DNA of 64,000 nt from Anthoceros angustus (GCA_010909165.1 MU008155.1:2420773-2484772), one strand, 5' to 3'. Positions 25,866 to 38,864 are shown, counted from the stretch's first letter. Numbers and translations are program-made. The notes: generated by a model not told the origin, from the sequence alone.

Positions 25866-27780
25866 GGTGAGCGCTCTCCATCTTCCTTCCCTTCCCTATA
25901 CGATGGCTTCACGATAAGCTCACATGCATAGAATAAATATTATTTTGATAAATTAAAATAATGTACAGATATAAACTAATATTTACATAAATCATGAATA
26001 TTACTATTTTCATTTAGATATTATAAACTTAATCAGATTGTACTATAATAAATACTAAAATACAATATAGTAACCCTTTACCTATTGAAAAACTTATTTA
26101 ATAATCTATTAATAAATAAAATCTCAAACTCATCGAAATATGGGACATGGGGCATGGAACTCGTTTTTCTATTTGGGCTATATATGTATGTGAGCCCCAC
26201 CATCTATATTCAAACATGATATATCCAATCTCATTGTATGATAAAGAATACTATGGGACATAGTGCATGGAACCCATTTTTCCTATTTGGGCTATATATG
26301 TATGAGCCCCACCATCTATATTCAAACATGATATATCCAATCTCATTGTATGATAAAGAATACTATGGGACATAGTGCATGGAACCCATTTTTCCTATTT
26401 GGGCTATATATGTATGTGAGCCCCACTATATTCAAACATCATATATCCAATCTTGATGTATGCTAAAGAATATCATTATCACCCATTCTTTTGAATTTTA
26501 TTAGAATGTTTAGTTTTCTCATCGGTTCTCTCTTGAGAGGTTATCATTAGTTTGATCTTTGTAGAGTTACCTATCCATATTCCTTTGGGTTCTTTCTTTA
26601 TTCTTATTTGCCTTTGGTCCTTTCTAGTCTATTATGGCTAATGATGATGCTCCGTTAGCGTTGTACCTTACACATGGGTGGATGATTCCTAGAATCGGAT
26701 GCCCACATTGGTTTCTACATTGAAGGCATAGGAAGCATGAGGATGAGGTGGTGGCGCTCCTTCCTTACCTTGGAACTTCCAAGCTAAAGACCCTTCCGGA
26801 CCGCTTTCTAAGTATACCTTGAAGTTGGTAGGCGTGGTCGATTTGATCATGGAAGTCAAGCAAAGAAGACCTCAACCACCTCCCACCATGGTGATCTAGA
26901 AAGGATGATGACGATCGGTGGCGAAGCACCACCATCCCTAAGGCGCAACAAAATAGCGCGAGCAATTTGGGAGTGAAGACGTCGGCTTTAACAGCATGGT
27001 GATGGAGGAGGTCCGGACACGAGGTATCACGGAGTGCATTGGCATTCTATTCACAAGTCGTATAATGTAATGTGTCGATGGCACGCTACGTGCCGACTCA
27101 CCACTCATTGAAGAAGTTCCACGGGTTCATTTGGGGCGATTCGAAAAGGACATAGATGCGGATTAAGGACTTGGTGCAAATCAAGTTGTTTTATGTGGCT
27201 TCAAGCGTCGGTGGCTGAAGCTCAACTTCAAAGATCCCGCATCCTTAGAGACATATCTGATTACTGCACCGGATTGGGTGGCCATCACAGTTGGCGGAAG
27301 TAATAGGGTTTGTGAGGATGGAAGTTCAACAAAGCGCAAATTCTTCTCCGTAGTGCATGCGGAGGCCTTCCACATGGTGTGTATATCGGAGAAGAAGAGA
27401 TGAAACAAGCTGCGGATGTGCCAAAAGATGCTCGAGGAGACCACATATGAGGCTTTCGTTTTGAGCAGTCAAGGCCAAATAGGTGCAGTCCGGCCAAGTT
27501 GTTGAGGTTGAGGGGCACACCATTCTAGCACCAAAACCTACAATTGTTGGTATAAAAGAGGAAGCTGGAAAAGCATACGACCAGTAAAGCGATCATAATA
27601 ATGTATGATACCAAGGAGCTCAATCATCCCTCACAGTTATTTGGTTGAGCTTGAGGCTTCACCGGTTCCAGTTGGGTAGCTACTGCTTGCATAGCCGGTG
27701 AGAAGTGCCGCTGCTCTCGAGGCTGCAGGAAGAAATCCTTGGTTCATCCATCCATCCGGCTCCGAACCCACAAGAAAGTA

Positions 27781-28022
27781 CTCTAGCGCCTTGAGCTCAC
27801 AAGAAAGTATTTGAGCGCCTTCAAACTCACAGGACCAATACTTTAGTGCCTTCCAACTCACAGGATAATAGTCTAGCGCCTTCAAACTCACAGGACCCAT
27901 ACTCTCGCCTTCCAACTTACGAGGATAATACTCTAGCGCCTTCAAACTCATAGAAAAATATTCTAGTGCCTTCCAACTCACGGGATAATACTCTAGCGCC
28001 TTCAAACTCAGAAAAATATATT
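27781..28022 (+). repeat. 30-bp minisatellite, 8 units, reading (LAPSNSQDNT)n on +
   Basis: Unit tagcgccttcaaactcacaggataatactc. Copies at ~1510, 6601, 10831, 19841, 23755, 27781, 32773 (expanded to ~12 units), 34521, 36122 (partial), 41638, 46390, 50294, 56112. Confidence 0.95.
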
Positions 28023-28077
28023 TGGCTCCTTCTTAGATCCATTGTTAAATACTCTAACGCCTTGGACTCACACTAGG

Positions 28078-28169
28078 GAGTTCAACACGTCATGGCTCAC
28101 TCTGCTGGGAGGTCACTATGTGAGAAACTTTGCCGAGCAATTGGAGCAACATAAGTCGCCAAGGGAGTG
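28078..28169 (+). other. Copia RNaseH-tail-like remnant followed by PPT-like aagggag and TG (putative LTR start)
   Basis: Frame HGSLTGRSLCEKLCRAIGAT* resembles the ADxLTKxL...EKLRxxLG end of Copia RH and is followed by ccaagggagTGtgg. Present in each monomer; similarity judged by eye. Confidence 0.45.
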
Positions 28170-28890
28170 TGGATCGCATTGGGAGAGGGAAAAGGGCATG
28201 AGGATCGGAGAGAAGGGAAGGAAGAGAGAGGTATGTAGAGAAGATATGGGTGAAAAAGGATAACATGAGAAAACAATATAAATATGGAAGATGAAGAGAA
28301 GGGGAAAATGGGAAAATGGGAAGGAGAAACAAAAGAAATGAGAGGATATGGAGAAATAGTAAAGAATCTTCCTCTTGAGCGAGGAATGTTTTATTGAAAG
28401 GCAAAAAAAATGGTATATATACACGCCGAGTGAGTTGTAATCATCGTGCGCTTGAGAATGCCGAAACTTACTCAACTATATCAAATGCTATTAAACATTG
28501 TTTTACGCCTTACCTTCGCGAAACGTGCCCTAAACCTCACTTTGATCAAATGTCAAGACCCCCATCTCCACAACACTCCCCCGTTCGATCCGGTTCTTCG
28601 TTCTCACGCCGCCATGACGTCCATCGGGCATGCTTCTCTGCTCCTCGCATCCTCTCGACCATCCGGTGGCTTCTCAAGCTCGCGACTCACCGATCTCAAG
28701 CCAAAAATTGAAAGCCTCGAGCAAGCCGGAGTAGCCAGCACGGATCCGAAGAAAGGCGGTGTTGGCAGGCACTTATCAACCGCAAGATGCCGCGGGCGTA
28801 AGTATAGAAAGGTTTAGAATTGCGAACTCCAACCTTTGCCTCCGGATGGTGAGAAGAGCTTATGAAGAGTGGTGATCAAGGTGTCTGGCA

Positions 28891-28910
28891 GTCAACGTCT
28901 TCCCTCAAGG
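28891..28910 (-). other. PPT-like tract and putative 3' LTR start of the antisense Copia fragment
   Basis: Minus strand reads ccttgagggaagacgttgac just after the RNaseH end, matching the canonical Copia TTGAGGGGGAG-TGTTG end. Present in all copies. Confidence 0.6.
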
Positions 28911-28921
28911 TTCGGGAGCTC

Positions 28922-29878
28922 GAGCTCCATCACCCGGATAAGCTTGCTCGGTAGTCCTATACCTCTTACATGCTTCTCGTGAGTACCTTGGGTGTGCCTT
29001 GGTGGCAGTGCGATTTGTTATCGCCGATGTCGACATCTTGGCTGCCCAAGCTCGCTATGAGCAACCACCGTGGGATGAAATGGTGTTGTATCTCCACATG
29101 TTTGGTCCTTGTGTGCGGGGTTGGGTTGTAGGTCATGGCAATTGCATCGATGGTCGATAGTAGTTTGGTTGGTTGATCCGCCTCCTCGGATGTCGCTCAA
29201 ATTGTCGAATCAAGGAATCTCCTTTTGCCGCTAGGGAAGTTCTGCGCCCTCGCCCGGTGGAGGGCAGTGCCTGAGCAATTGCATCCCTGTGAGACTAACC
29301 GTTGTTGAGGATCATGCAGTGGTGTAGACTTGCGTGCATCCGGATCTCCCTGGTCTGCATTTGAGTAGGAGGTTAACTAGTACAAGCTTCGAAGTGGTGT
29401 TTTGTATACAAGTCCAAGGGATTTGCAGCCCTTCAAGTAGCGGAGGATGCGCTGACGCTAGTCCGATGGGCTCTCCCATGGTTGGAGAGGTATCTTGATG
29501 CAATATTCACAGTGACATATCCGGCCCGTCCACATTGCCAAATAGAGGTAGAAGCCTACATTGTAGGGCACTTGGGACATCTCATGAGCTTCTTACGGGT
29601 TGTGGGGCGGGTCATGCGGATAGCTTCTCGGAAGCAATAGGAGTGGAGGCAGGCTTGGCATCGCTTCAATCTCTCCAGGTCGACGCAGTTGTCCCCGACG
29701 GATGAACAAGCGTATGGCATGCATGAAGCTGCACGCGAGGCATCAAGGGGTCCCTTGAGTGCGACGGTGCAATGATTACCCTCAGAAAGTGATTGTAAGG
29801 TGGTGTTTAGTTGCTAGCTTGCACACTAATAGCAAGTTCTTGGTCATTGCGGGCACGTGGAGAACGCCATTAATGGTG
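28922..29878 (-). pseudogene. Copia RT/RNaseH fragment, array copy
   Basis: Same motifs. Confidence 0.9.
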
Positions 29879-32800
29879 AGCGCTCTCCATCTTCCCTTCC
29901 CTTCCCTATCGATGGCTTCACGATAAGCTCACATGCATAGAATAAATATTATTTTGATAAATTAAAATAATGTACGGATATAAACTAATATTTACATAAA
30001 TCATGAATATTACTATTTTCATTTAGATATTATAAACTTAATCAGATTGTACTATAATAAATACTAAAATACAATATAGTAACCCTTTACCTATTGAAAA
30101 ACTTATTTAATAATCTATTAATAAATAAAATCTCAAACTCATCGAAATATGGGACATGGGGCATGGAACTCGTTTTTCTATTTGGGCTATATATGTATGT
30201 GAGCCCCACCATCTATATTCAAACATGATATATCCAATCTCATTGTATGATAAAGAATACTATGGGACATAGTGCATGGAACCCATTTTTCCTATTTGGG
30301 CTATATATGTATGAGCCCCACTATATTCAAACATCATATATCCAATCTTGATGTATGCTAAAGAATATCATTATCACCCATTCTTTTGAATTTTATTAGA
30401 ATGTTTAGTTTTCTCTTTGGTTCTCTCTTGAGAGGTTATCATTAGTTTGATCTTTGTAGAGTTACCTATCCATATTCCTTTGGGTTCTTTCTTTATTCTT
30501 ATTTGCCTTTGGTCCTTTCTAGTCTATTATGGCTAATGATGATGCTCCTGTTAGCGTTGTACCTTACACATGGGTGGAATGATTCCTAGAATCGGATGCC
30601 CACATTGGTTTCTACATTGAAGACGCAAGGAAGCATGAGGATGAGGTGGTGACGCTCCTTCCTTACCTTGGAACTTCCAAGCTAAAGACCCTTCCGGACC
30701 GCTTTCTAAGTATACCTTGAAGTTGGTAGACGTGGTCGATTTGATCATGGAAGTCAAGCAAAGAAGACCTCAACCATGCCTCCCACCATGGCCGATCTAG
30801 AAAGGATGATGACCGGTAGGAGTGGGCACCACCATCCCTAAGGCGCAACAAAATAGCGAGCAATTTGGGAGTGAAGCCGCTTTAGCCAGATGGTGATGGA
30901 GGAGGTCCGGACACGAGGTATCACGGAGTGCATTGGCATTCTATTCACAAGTCGTATAATGTGTATCGATGGCACGCCATGCGAAATCTGGCCAAGAAGT
31001 TCCACCAGTTCATTTGGGGCGATTCGAAAGGACATAGATGCGATTCGGGACTTGGTGCAAATCAAGTTGTTTTATGTGGCTTCAAGCGTCGAATACGAGT
31101 GAAGCTCAACTTCAAAGATCCCGTGATCCTTAGAGACATATCTACGGTGCAATCTGGATTGGGTGGCCACTACGATTGGCAAGGAAGCATGAGGATGAGG
31201 TGGTGACGCTCCTTCCTTACCTTGGAACTTCCAAGCTAAAGACCCTTCCGGACCGCTTTCTAAGTATACCTTGAAGTTGGTAGACGTGGTCGATTTGATC
31301 ATGGAAGTCAAGCAAAGAAGACCTCAACCACGCCTCCCACCATGGTGATCTAGAAAGGATGATGGCGGTGTGGTGGAAGCACCACCATCCCTAAGGCGCA
31401 ACAAAATAGCGAATACCGGGAGTGAAGGCGCCTTTAACATGGTGATGGAGGAGGTCCGGACACGAGGTATCACGGAGTGCATTGGCATTCTATTCACAAG
31501 TCGTGTGTGTGTCGATGGCACGCCACGTGCCGACTCACGCTCAGAAGAAGTTCCACCAGTTCATTTGGGGCGATTCGAAAGGACATAGATGCGCGATTCG
31601 GGACTTGGTGCAAATCAAGTTGTTTTATGTGGCTTCAAGCGTCGAATACGAGTGAAGCTCAACTTCAAAGATCCCGTGATCCTTAGAGACATATCTACGG
31701 TGCAATCTGGATTGGGTGGCCACTACGATTGGCAAGGAAGCATGAGGATGAGGTCGGTGACGCTCCTTCCTTACCTTGGAACTTCCAAGCTAAAGACCCT
31801 TCCGGACCGCTTTCTAAGTATACCTTGAAGTTGGTAGACGTGGTCGATTTGATCATGGAAGTCAAGCAAAGAAGACCTCAACCACGCCTCCCACCATGGT
31901 GATCTAGAAAGGATGATGGCGGTGTGGTGGAAGCACCACCATCCCTAAGGCGCAACAAAATAGCGAGCAATTTGGGAGTGAAGGCGCCTTTAACATGGTG
32001 ATGGAGGAGGTCCGGACACGAGGTATCACGGAGTGCATTGGCATTCTATTCACAAGTCGTATAATGTGTGTCGATGGCACGCGTGCGACTCACGCTCAGA
32101 AGAAGTTCCACCAGTTCATTTGGGCGATTCGAAAGGACATAGATGCGCGATTCGGGACTTGGTGCAAATCAAGTTGTTTTATGTGGCTTCAAGCGTCGAA
32201 TACGAGTGAAGCTCAACTTCAAAGATCCCGCATCCTTAGAGACATATCTACAGTGCACGCTCGGATTGGGTGGCCATCACAGTTGGCGGAAGTAATAGGG
32301 TTTGTGAGGATGGAAGTTCAACAAGCGCAAATTCTTCTCCCGTAGTGCATGCGAGGCCTTCCACATGGTGTGTATATCGAGAAGAAGAGATGAAACAACC
32401 GCAGATGTGCCAAAAGATGCTCGTAGGGAGACCACATATGAGGCTTTCGTTTTTGAGAACAGTCAAGGCCAAATAGGTACGGTCCAGCAAGTTGTTGAGG
32501 TTGAGGGGGCACACCATTCTAGCACCAAAACCTACAATTGTTGGTATAAAAAAGAGGAAGCTGGAAAAGCATACGACCATAAGGCGATCATAATGGGGCT
32601 GTATGATACCAAGGAGCTCAATCATCCCCTCACAGATTATTTGGTTGAGCTTCAGGCTTCACCGAAGTTCCATTGAGTCAAGCTACACGCATAGCCGAGA
32701 AGTGCCGCTCTGCTCTCCGGCTGCAGAAGAAATCCTTGGTTCATCCATCCATCCGACAAGAACCCACAAGAAAGTACTCTAGCGCCTTGAGCTCACAAGA

Positions 32801-35687
32801 AAGTATTTGGCCTTCAAACTCACGCAGGACCAATACTTTAGTGCTGCCTTCCAACTCACGGGATAATAGTCTAGCGCCTTCAAACTCAGGACCCATACTC
32901 TCGCCTTCCAACTTACGAGGATAATACTCTAGCCTTCAAACTCATAGAAAAATATTCTAGTGCCTTCCAACTCACAGGATAATACTCGCCTTCAAACTCA
33001 CAGACCCATACTCGCCTTCCAACTTACGAGGATAATACTCTAGCGCCTTCAAACTCATAGAAAAATATTCTAGTGCCTTCCAACTCACGGATAATACTCT
33101 AGCGCCTTCAAACTCACGAGAAAAATATATTTGGCTCCTTCTTAGATCCATTGTTAAATACTCTAACGCCTTGGACTCACACTAGGAGTTCAACACGTCA
33201 TGGCTCACTCACACTGGGAGGTCACTATGTGAGAAACTTTGCGAGCAATTGGAGCAACATAAGTCGCCAAGGGAGTGTGGATCGCGCATTGGGAGAGGGA
33301 AAAGGGCATGAGGATCGGAGGCGGAAGGGAAGGAAAGAGAGAGGTATGTAGAGAAGATATGGGTGAAAAAGGATAACATGAGAAAACAATATAAATATGG
33401 AAGATGAAGAGAAGGGAAAATGGGAAAATGGGAAGGGAGAAACAAAAGAAATGAGAGGATATGGAGAAATAGTAAAGAATCTTCCTCTTGAGCGAGGAAT
33501 GTTTTATTGAAAGGCAAAAAAAATGGTATATATACGGCCGAGTGAGTTGTAACTGTCATCGAGCGAGTTGAATGCCGAAACTTACTCAACTATATCAAAT
33601 GCTATTAAACATTGTTTTACGTCTTACCTTCGCAAACGTGCCTAAACCTCACTTTGATCGGTGATCTAGAAAGGATGATGGCGACGTGTGGCGGAAGCAC
33701 CACCATCCCTAAGGCGCAACAAAATAGCGAAACGGGAGTGAAGACGTCGGCTTTAACAGGCATGGTGATGGAGGAGGTCCGGACACGGTATCACGGAGTG
33801 CATTGGCATTCTATTCACATTATAATGTGTCGATGGCACGCTACGTGCCGACTCACTCGCTGAAGAAGTTCCACCAGTTCATTTGGGCGATTCGAAAGGA
33901 CATAGATGCGATTCGGGACTTGGTGCAAATCAAGTTGTTTTATGTGGCTTCAAGCGTCGAATACGAGTGAAGCTCAACTTCAAAGATCCCGCATCCTTAG
34001 AGACATATCTACTGATTACACTCGGATTGGGTGGCCATCACAGTTGGCGGAAGTAATAGGGTTTGTGAGGATGGAAGTTCAACAAAGCGCAAATTCTTCT
34101 CCGTAGTGCATGCGGAGGCCTTCCACATGGTGTGTATATCGAGAAGAAGAGATGAAACAACTGCAGATGTGCCAAAAGATGCTCGTGGGGAGACCACATA
34201 TGAGGCTTTCGTTTTGAGAACAACAAGGCCAAATAGGTGCAGTCCAGCAAGTTGTTGAGGTTGAGGGGCACCATTCTAGCACCAAAACCTACAATTGTTG
34301 GTATAAAAAAGGCTGGAAAAGCATACGACCGTAAGGCGATCATAATGGGGTCAGATGATACCAAGGAGCTCAATCATCCCTCACAGTTATTTGGTTGAGC
34401 TTGAGGCTTCACCGAAGTTCCAGCTTGGGTAGCACATAGCCGGTGAGAAGTGCCGCTCGGCTCTCGAGCATGAAGAAATCCTTGGTTCATCCATCCATCC
34501 GCTCCGAACCCACAAGAAAGTACTCTAGCGCCTTGAGCTCACAAGAAAGTATTTGAGCGCCTTCAAACTCACGGACCAATACTTTAGTGCCTTCCAACTC
34601 ACAGGATAATAGTCTAGCGCCTTCAAACTCACAGGACCCATACTCTCGCCTTCCAACTTACGAGGATAATACTCTAGCGCCTTCAAACTCATAGAAAAAT
34701 ATTCTAGTGCCTTCCAACTCAGGATAATACTCTAGCGCCTTCAAACTCACGAGAAAAATATATTTGGCTCCTTCTTAGATCCATTGTTAAATACTCCGCC
34801 TTGGACTCACACTAGGAGTTCAACACGTCATGGCTCACTCACCTGGGAGGTCACTATGTGAGAAACTTTGCCGAGCAATTGGAGCAACATAAGTCGCCAA
34901 GGGAGTGTGGATCGGCGCATTGGGAGAGGGAAAAGGGCATGAGGATCGGGAGAGAGAAGGGAAGGAAAGAGAGAGGTATGTAGAGAAGATATGGGTGAAA
35001 AAGGATAACATGAGAAAACAATATAAATATGGAAGATGAAGAGAAGGGAAAATGGGAAAATGGGAAGGGAGAAACAAAAGAAATGAGAGGATATGGAGAA
35101 ATAGTAAAGAATCTTCCTCTTGAGCGAGGAATGTTTTATTGAAAGGCAAAAAAAATGGTATATATACGGCCGAGTGAGTTGTAACTGTCATCGAGCGAGT
35201 TGAATGCCGAAACTTACTCAACTATATCAAATGCTATTAAACATTGTTTTACGTCTTACCTTCGCAACGTGCCCTAAACCTCACTTTGATCGGTGATCTA
35301 AGACCCCCATCTCCACAACACTCCCTCGTCGATCCGTTCTTCGTTCTCGCCGCCATGACGTCCATCGTGCATGCTTCTCTGCGTTCCTCGGCATCCTCTC
35401 GACCATCTGGTGGCTTCTCAAGCTCGCGACTCACCCGATCTCATATGAGCCAAAAATTGAAAGCCTCGAGCAAGCCGGGAGTAGCCAGCAGATCCGAAAA
35501 GAGCGCCAATGTTCAACACGCAAGAGCCGCTTGCGGTCCAAGATGCATGGCGTAAGTATAGAAAGGTTTAGAATTGCGAACTCCAACCTTTGCCTCCTGG
35601 ATGACGGTGAGAAGAGCTTATGAAGAGTGGTGATCAAGGTGTGTCAAGGCGGTCAACGCCTTCCCTCAAGGTTCGCCGAGCTCGAGC

Positions 35688-36120
35688 TCCATCACCCGAT
35701 AAGCTTCCTTGCTCGAGTCCTATACCTCTTACATGCTTCTCGTGGAGTACCTTGGATCAGCCTTGGTGAGCGTGTCGATTTGTTATCGCCAAGACGACAT
35801 ACATGGTCCCTTGAGCTAAACATGAGCAACCACCGTGGGATGAAATGGTGTTGTATCTCCACATGTTTGGTCCTTGTGTGCGTGTTGGGTTGTAGGTCAT
35901 GGCAATTGCATCGATGGTCGCATAGTAGTTTGGTTGGTTGATCCCGCCTCCCACGGATGTCGCCAGAATTGTCGAATCCAAGGAATCTCCTTTTGCCGCT
36001 AGGGAAGTTCTGCATACTCCGCCGGTGGAGGCACACGATCGCAAGCAATTGCATCCCTGTGAGACTAACCGTTGTTGAGGATCATGCAAGAGTGCGGTAG
36101 ACTTGCGTGCATCCGATCAC
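35688..36120 (-). pseudogene. Copia RNaseH fragment (partial array copy)
   Basis: PTKLLCD, RTKHVEIQHHFI; truncated at the junction to the minisatellite. Confidence 0.85.
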
Positions 36121-37244
36121 CGTATTTGAGCGCCTTCAAACTCACGGACCAATACTTTAGTGCCTTCCAACTCAGGTGGATAATAGTCTAGCGCCTTCAA
36201 ACTCACAGGACCCATACTCGCCTTCCAACTTACGAGGATAATACTCTAGCGCCTTCAAACTCATAGAAAAATATTCTAGTGCCTTCCAACTCAGGATAAT
36301 ACTCTAGCGCCTTCAAACTCACGAGAAAAATATATTTGGCTCCTTCTTAGATCCATTGTTAAATACTCTAACGCCTTCTGACTCACACTAGGGAGTTCAA
36401 CACGTCATGGCTCACTCACACTGGGAGGTCACTATGTGAGAAACTTTGCCGAGCAATTGGAGCAACATAAGTCGCCAAGGGAGTGTGGATCGCGCATTGG
36501 GAGAGGGAAAAGGGCATGAGGATCGGGAGAGAAGGGAAGGAAAGAGAGGTATGTAGAGAAGATATGGGTGAAAAAGGATAACATGAGAAAACAATATAAA
36601 TATGGAAGATGAAGAGAAGGGAAAATGGGAAAATGGGAAGGAGAAACAAAAGAAATGAGAGGATATGGAGAAATAGTAAAGAATCTTCCTCTTGAGCGAG
36701 GAATGTTTTATTGAAAGGCAAAAAAAATGGTATATATACACGGCCGAGTGAGTTGTAATCATCATCGCTTGAGAATGCCGAAACTTACTCAACTATATCA
36801 AATGCTATTAAACATTGTTTTACGTCTTACCTTCGCAAACGTGCCCTAAACCTCACTTTGATCACCGTCTAAGACCCCCATCTCCACAACACTCCCTCGT
36901 CGATCCGGTTCTTCGTTCTACGCCGCCATGACGTCCATCGTGCATGCTTCTCTCGCATGTCTCATCCTCGACCATCTGGTGGCTTCTCAAGCTCGCGACT
37001 CACCCGATCTCGAGCCAAAAATTGAAAGCCTCGAGCAGTAGCCAGCAGATCCGAAAAGAGCGCCAATGTTCAACACGCAAGAGCCGCTCCGGCCATAAGA
37101 TGCATGGCGGTGGTATAGAAAGGTTTAGAATTGCGAACTCCAACCTTTGCCTCCTGGATGACGGTGAGAAGAGCTTATGAAGAGTGGTGATCAAGGTGTG
37201 GCGTGGTCAACGCCTTCCCTCAAGGTTCGCCGAGGAGCTCGAGC

Positions 37245-38250
37245 TCCATCACCCGGATAAGCTTCCTTGCTCGAGTCCTATACCTCTTACATGCTTCTCG
37301 TGGAGTACCTTGACCGTGCCTTGGTGAGCGTGTCGATTTGTTATCGCCAAGATCGACATCAGTGCCCAAGCTCGCTTATGAGCAACCACCGTGGGATGAA
37401 ATGGTGTTGTATCTCCACATGTTTGGTCCTTGTGTGTGGTTGGGTTGTAGGTCATGGCAATTGCATCGATGGTCGCATAGTAGTTTGGTTGGTTGATCCC
37501 GCCTCCGGATGTCGCTCGAATTGTCGAATCCAAGGAATCTCCTTTTGCCGCTAGGGAAGTTCTGCATACTCCGCCTTGGAGGACAGTACACAAGCAATTG
37601 CATCCCTGTGAGACTAACCCGTTGTTGAGGATCATGCAAGAAGCGGTAGACTTGCGTGCATCCGGATCTCCGCCATGCATTTGAGTAGGAGGTTAACTAG
37701 TACAAGCTTCGGAAGTGGTGTTTTGTATACAAGTCCAAGGGATTTGCAGCCCTTCAAGTAGCGGAGGATGCGCTTGACGCTAGTCCAAGGGATTTGGCAT
37801 CTTCAAGTAGCGGAGGATGCGCTGACGCTAGTCCAAAGGCTCTCCCATGGTTGGAGAGGTATCTTGATGCAATATTCACACTGTGACATGTCCGGCCCGG
37901 TCCACATTGCCAAATAGAGTAGGCTATACGGCCTACATTGTGAGGGCACTGGGACATCTCATGAGCTTCTTCCGTTGTGGGGCGGTCATCGTGGATAGCT
38001 TCTCGGGAAGCAATAGGAGTGGAGCGGGCTTGGCATCGCCACTTCAATCTCTCCACTCGGCCCTGTCACACGGATGAACAAGGCGCCGGAGAATTGCATG
38101 AACGCACATCGAGAGCGTCAAGGGGTCCTTGAGTGCCGACGGTGCAATGATTACCTACGAAAGTGATTGTAAGGTGGTGTTTAGTTGCTAGCTTGCACAC
38201 TAATAGCAAGTTCTTGGTCATTGCGGCACGTGGAGAACGCCATTAATGGT
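37245..38250 (-). pseudogene. Copia RT/RNaseH fragment with 50-bp duplication
   Basis: GGDPDARKST, VNIASRYLSNHGRA; ccaaggg at 37735 and 37785. Confidence 0.9.
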
Positions 38251-38864
38251 GAGCTCTCCATCTTCCCTTCCTTCCCTTCCCATGTCATGGCTTCACGATA
38301 AGCTCACATGCATAGAATAAATATTATTTTGATAAATTAAAAAATGGTATATATACACGAGTGAGTTGTAATCTCATCGTGCTTGAGAATGCCGAAACTT
38401 ACTCAACTATATCAAATGCTATTAAACATTGTTTTACGTCTTACCTTGGCGTGCCTAAACCTCACTTTGATCACCGTCTAAGACCCCCATCTCCACAACA
38501 CTCCCCTCGTTCGATCCGGTTCTTCGTTCTACGCCGCCATGGCGTCCATCGGGCATGCTTCTCTGCGGTGTTCCTCAAGATCCTCTCGACCATCCGGTGG
38601 CTTCTCAAGCTCGCGACTCACCCGATCTCATATGAGCCAAAAATTGAAAGCCTCGAGCAAGGAGTAGCAGCACAGATCCGAAAAGAGCGCCAATGTTCAA
38701 CACGCAAGAGCCGCTTGAAGATGCATGGCGGGCGTAAGTATAGAAAGGTTTAGAATTGCGAACTCCAACCTTTGCCTCCTGGATGACGGTGAGAAGAGCT
38801 TATGAAGAGTGGTGATCAAGGTGTCTTGGCAGTCAACGCCTTCCCTCAAGGTTCGCCGAGCTCG

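Larger units (their letters stand above)
22023..25917. repeat. Reference complete monomer (3895 bp): AT-rich spacer, gag-like, 30-bp minisatellite, purine-rich segment, linker, antisense RT/RNaseH
   Basis: Same segment order in 9104-12993, 25918-29926, 39931-43817 and 48583-52502. Confidence 0.95.

Noticed and set aside
27606-27613. Minus-strand TGGTATCA as a PBS for the antisense element
   Set aside because: Only 8 of 12 nt match tRNA-Met, it is not preceded by an LTR-terminal CA, and it lies within the gag-like tail.
27781-28022. 30-bp repeats as a CRISPR array
   Set aside because: Units are contiguous with no unique spacers, no cas genes, and the context is plant retroelement DNA.
28085-28125. 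5S rRNA/Cassandra-like similarity (gtgacctcc on the minus strand)
   Set aside because: About 9 nt match; flanking box A/IE/C sequence does not align.
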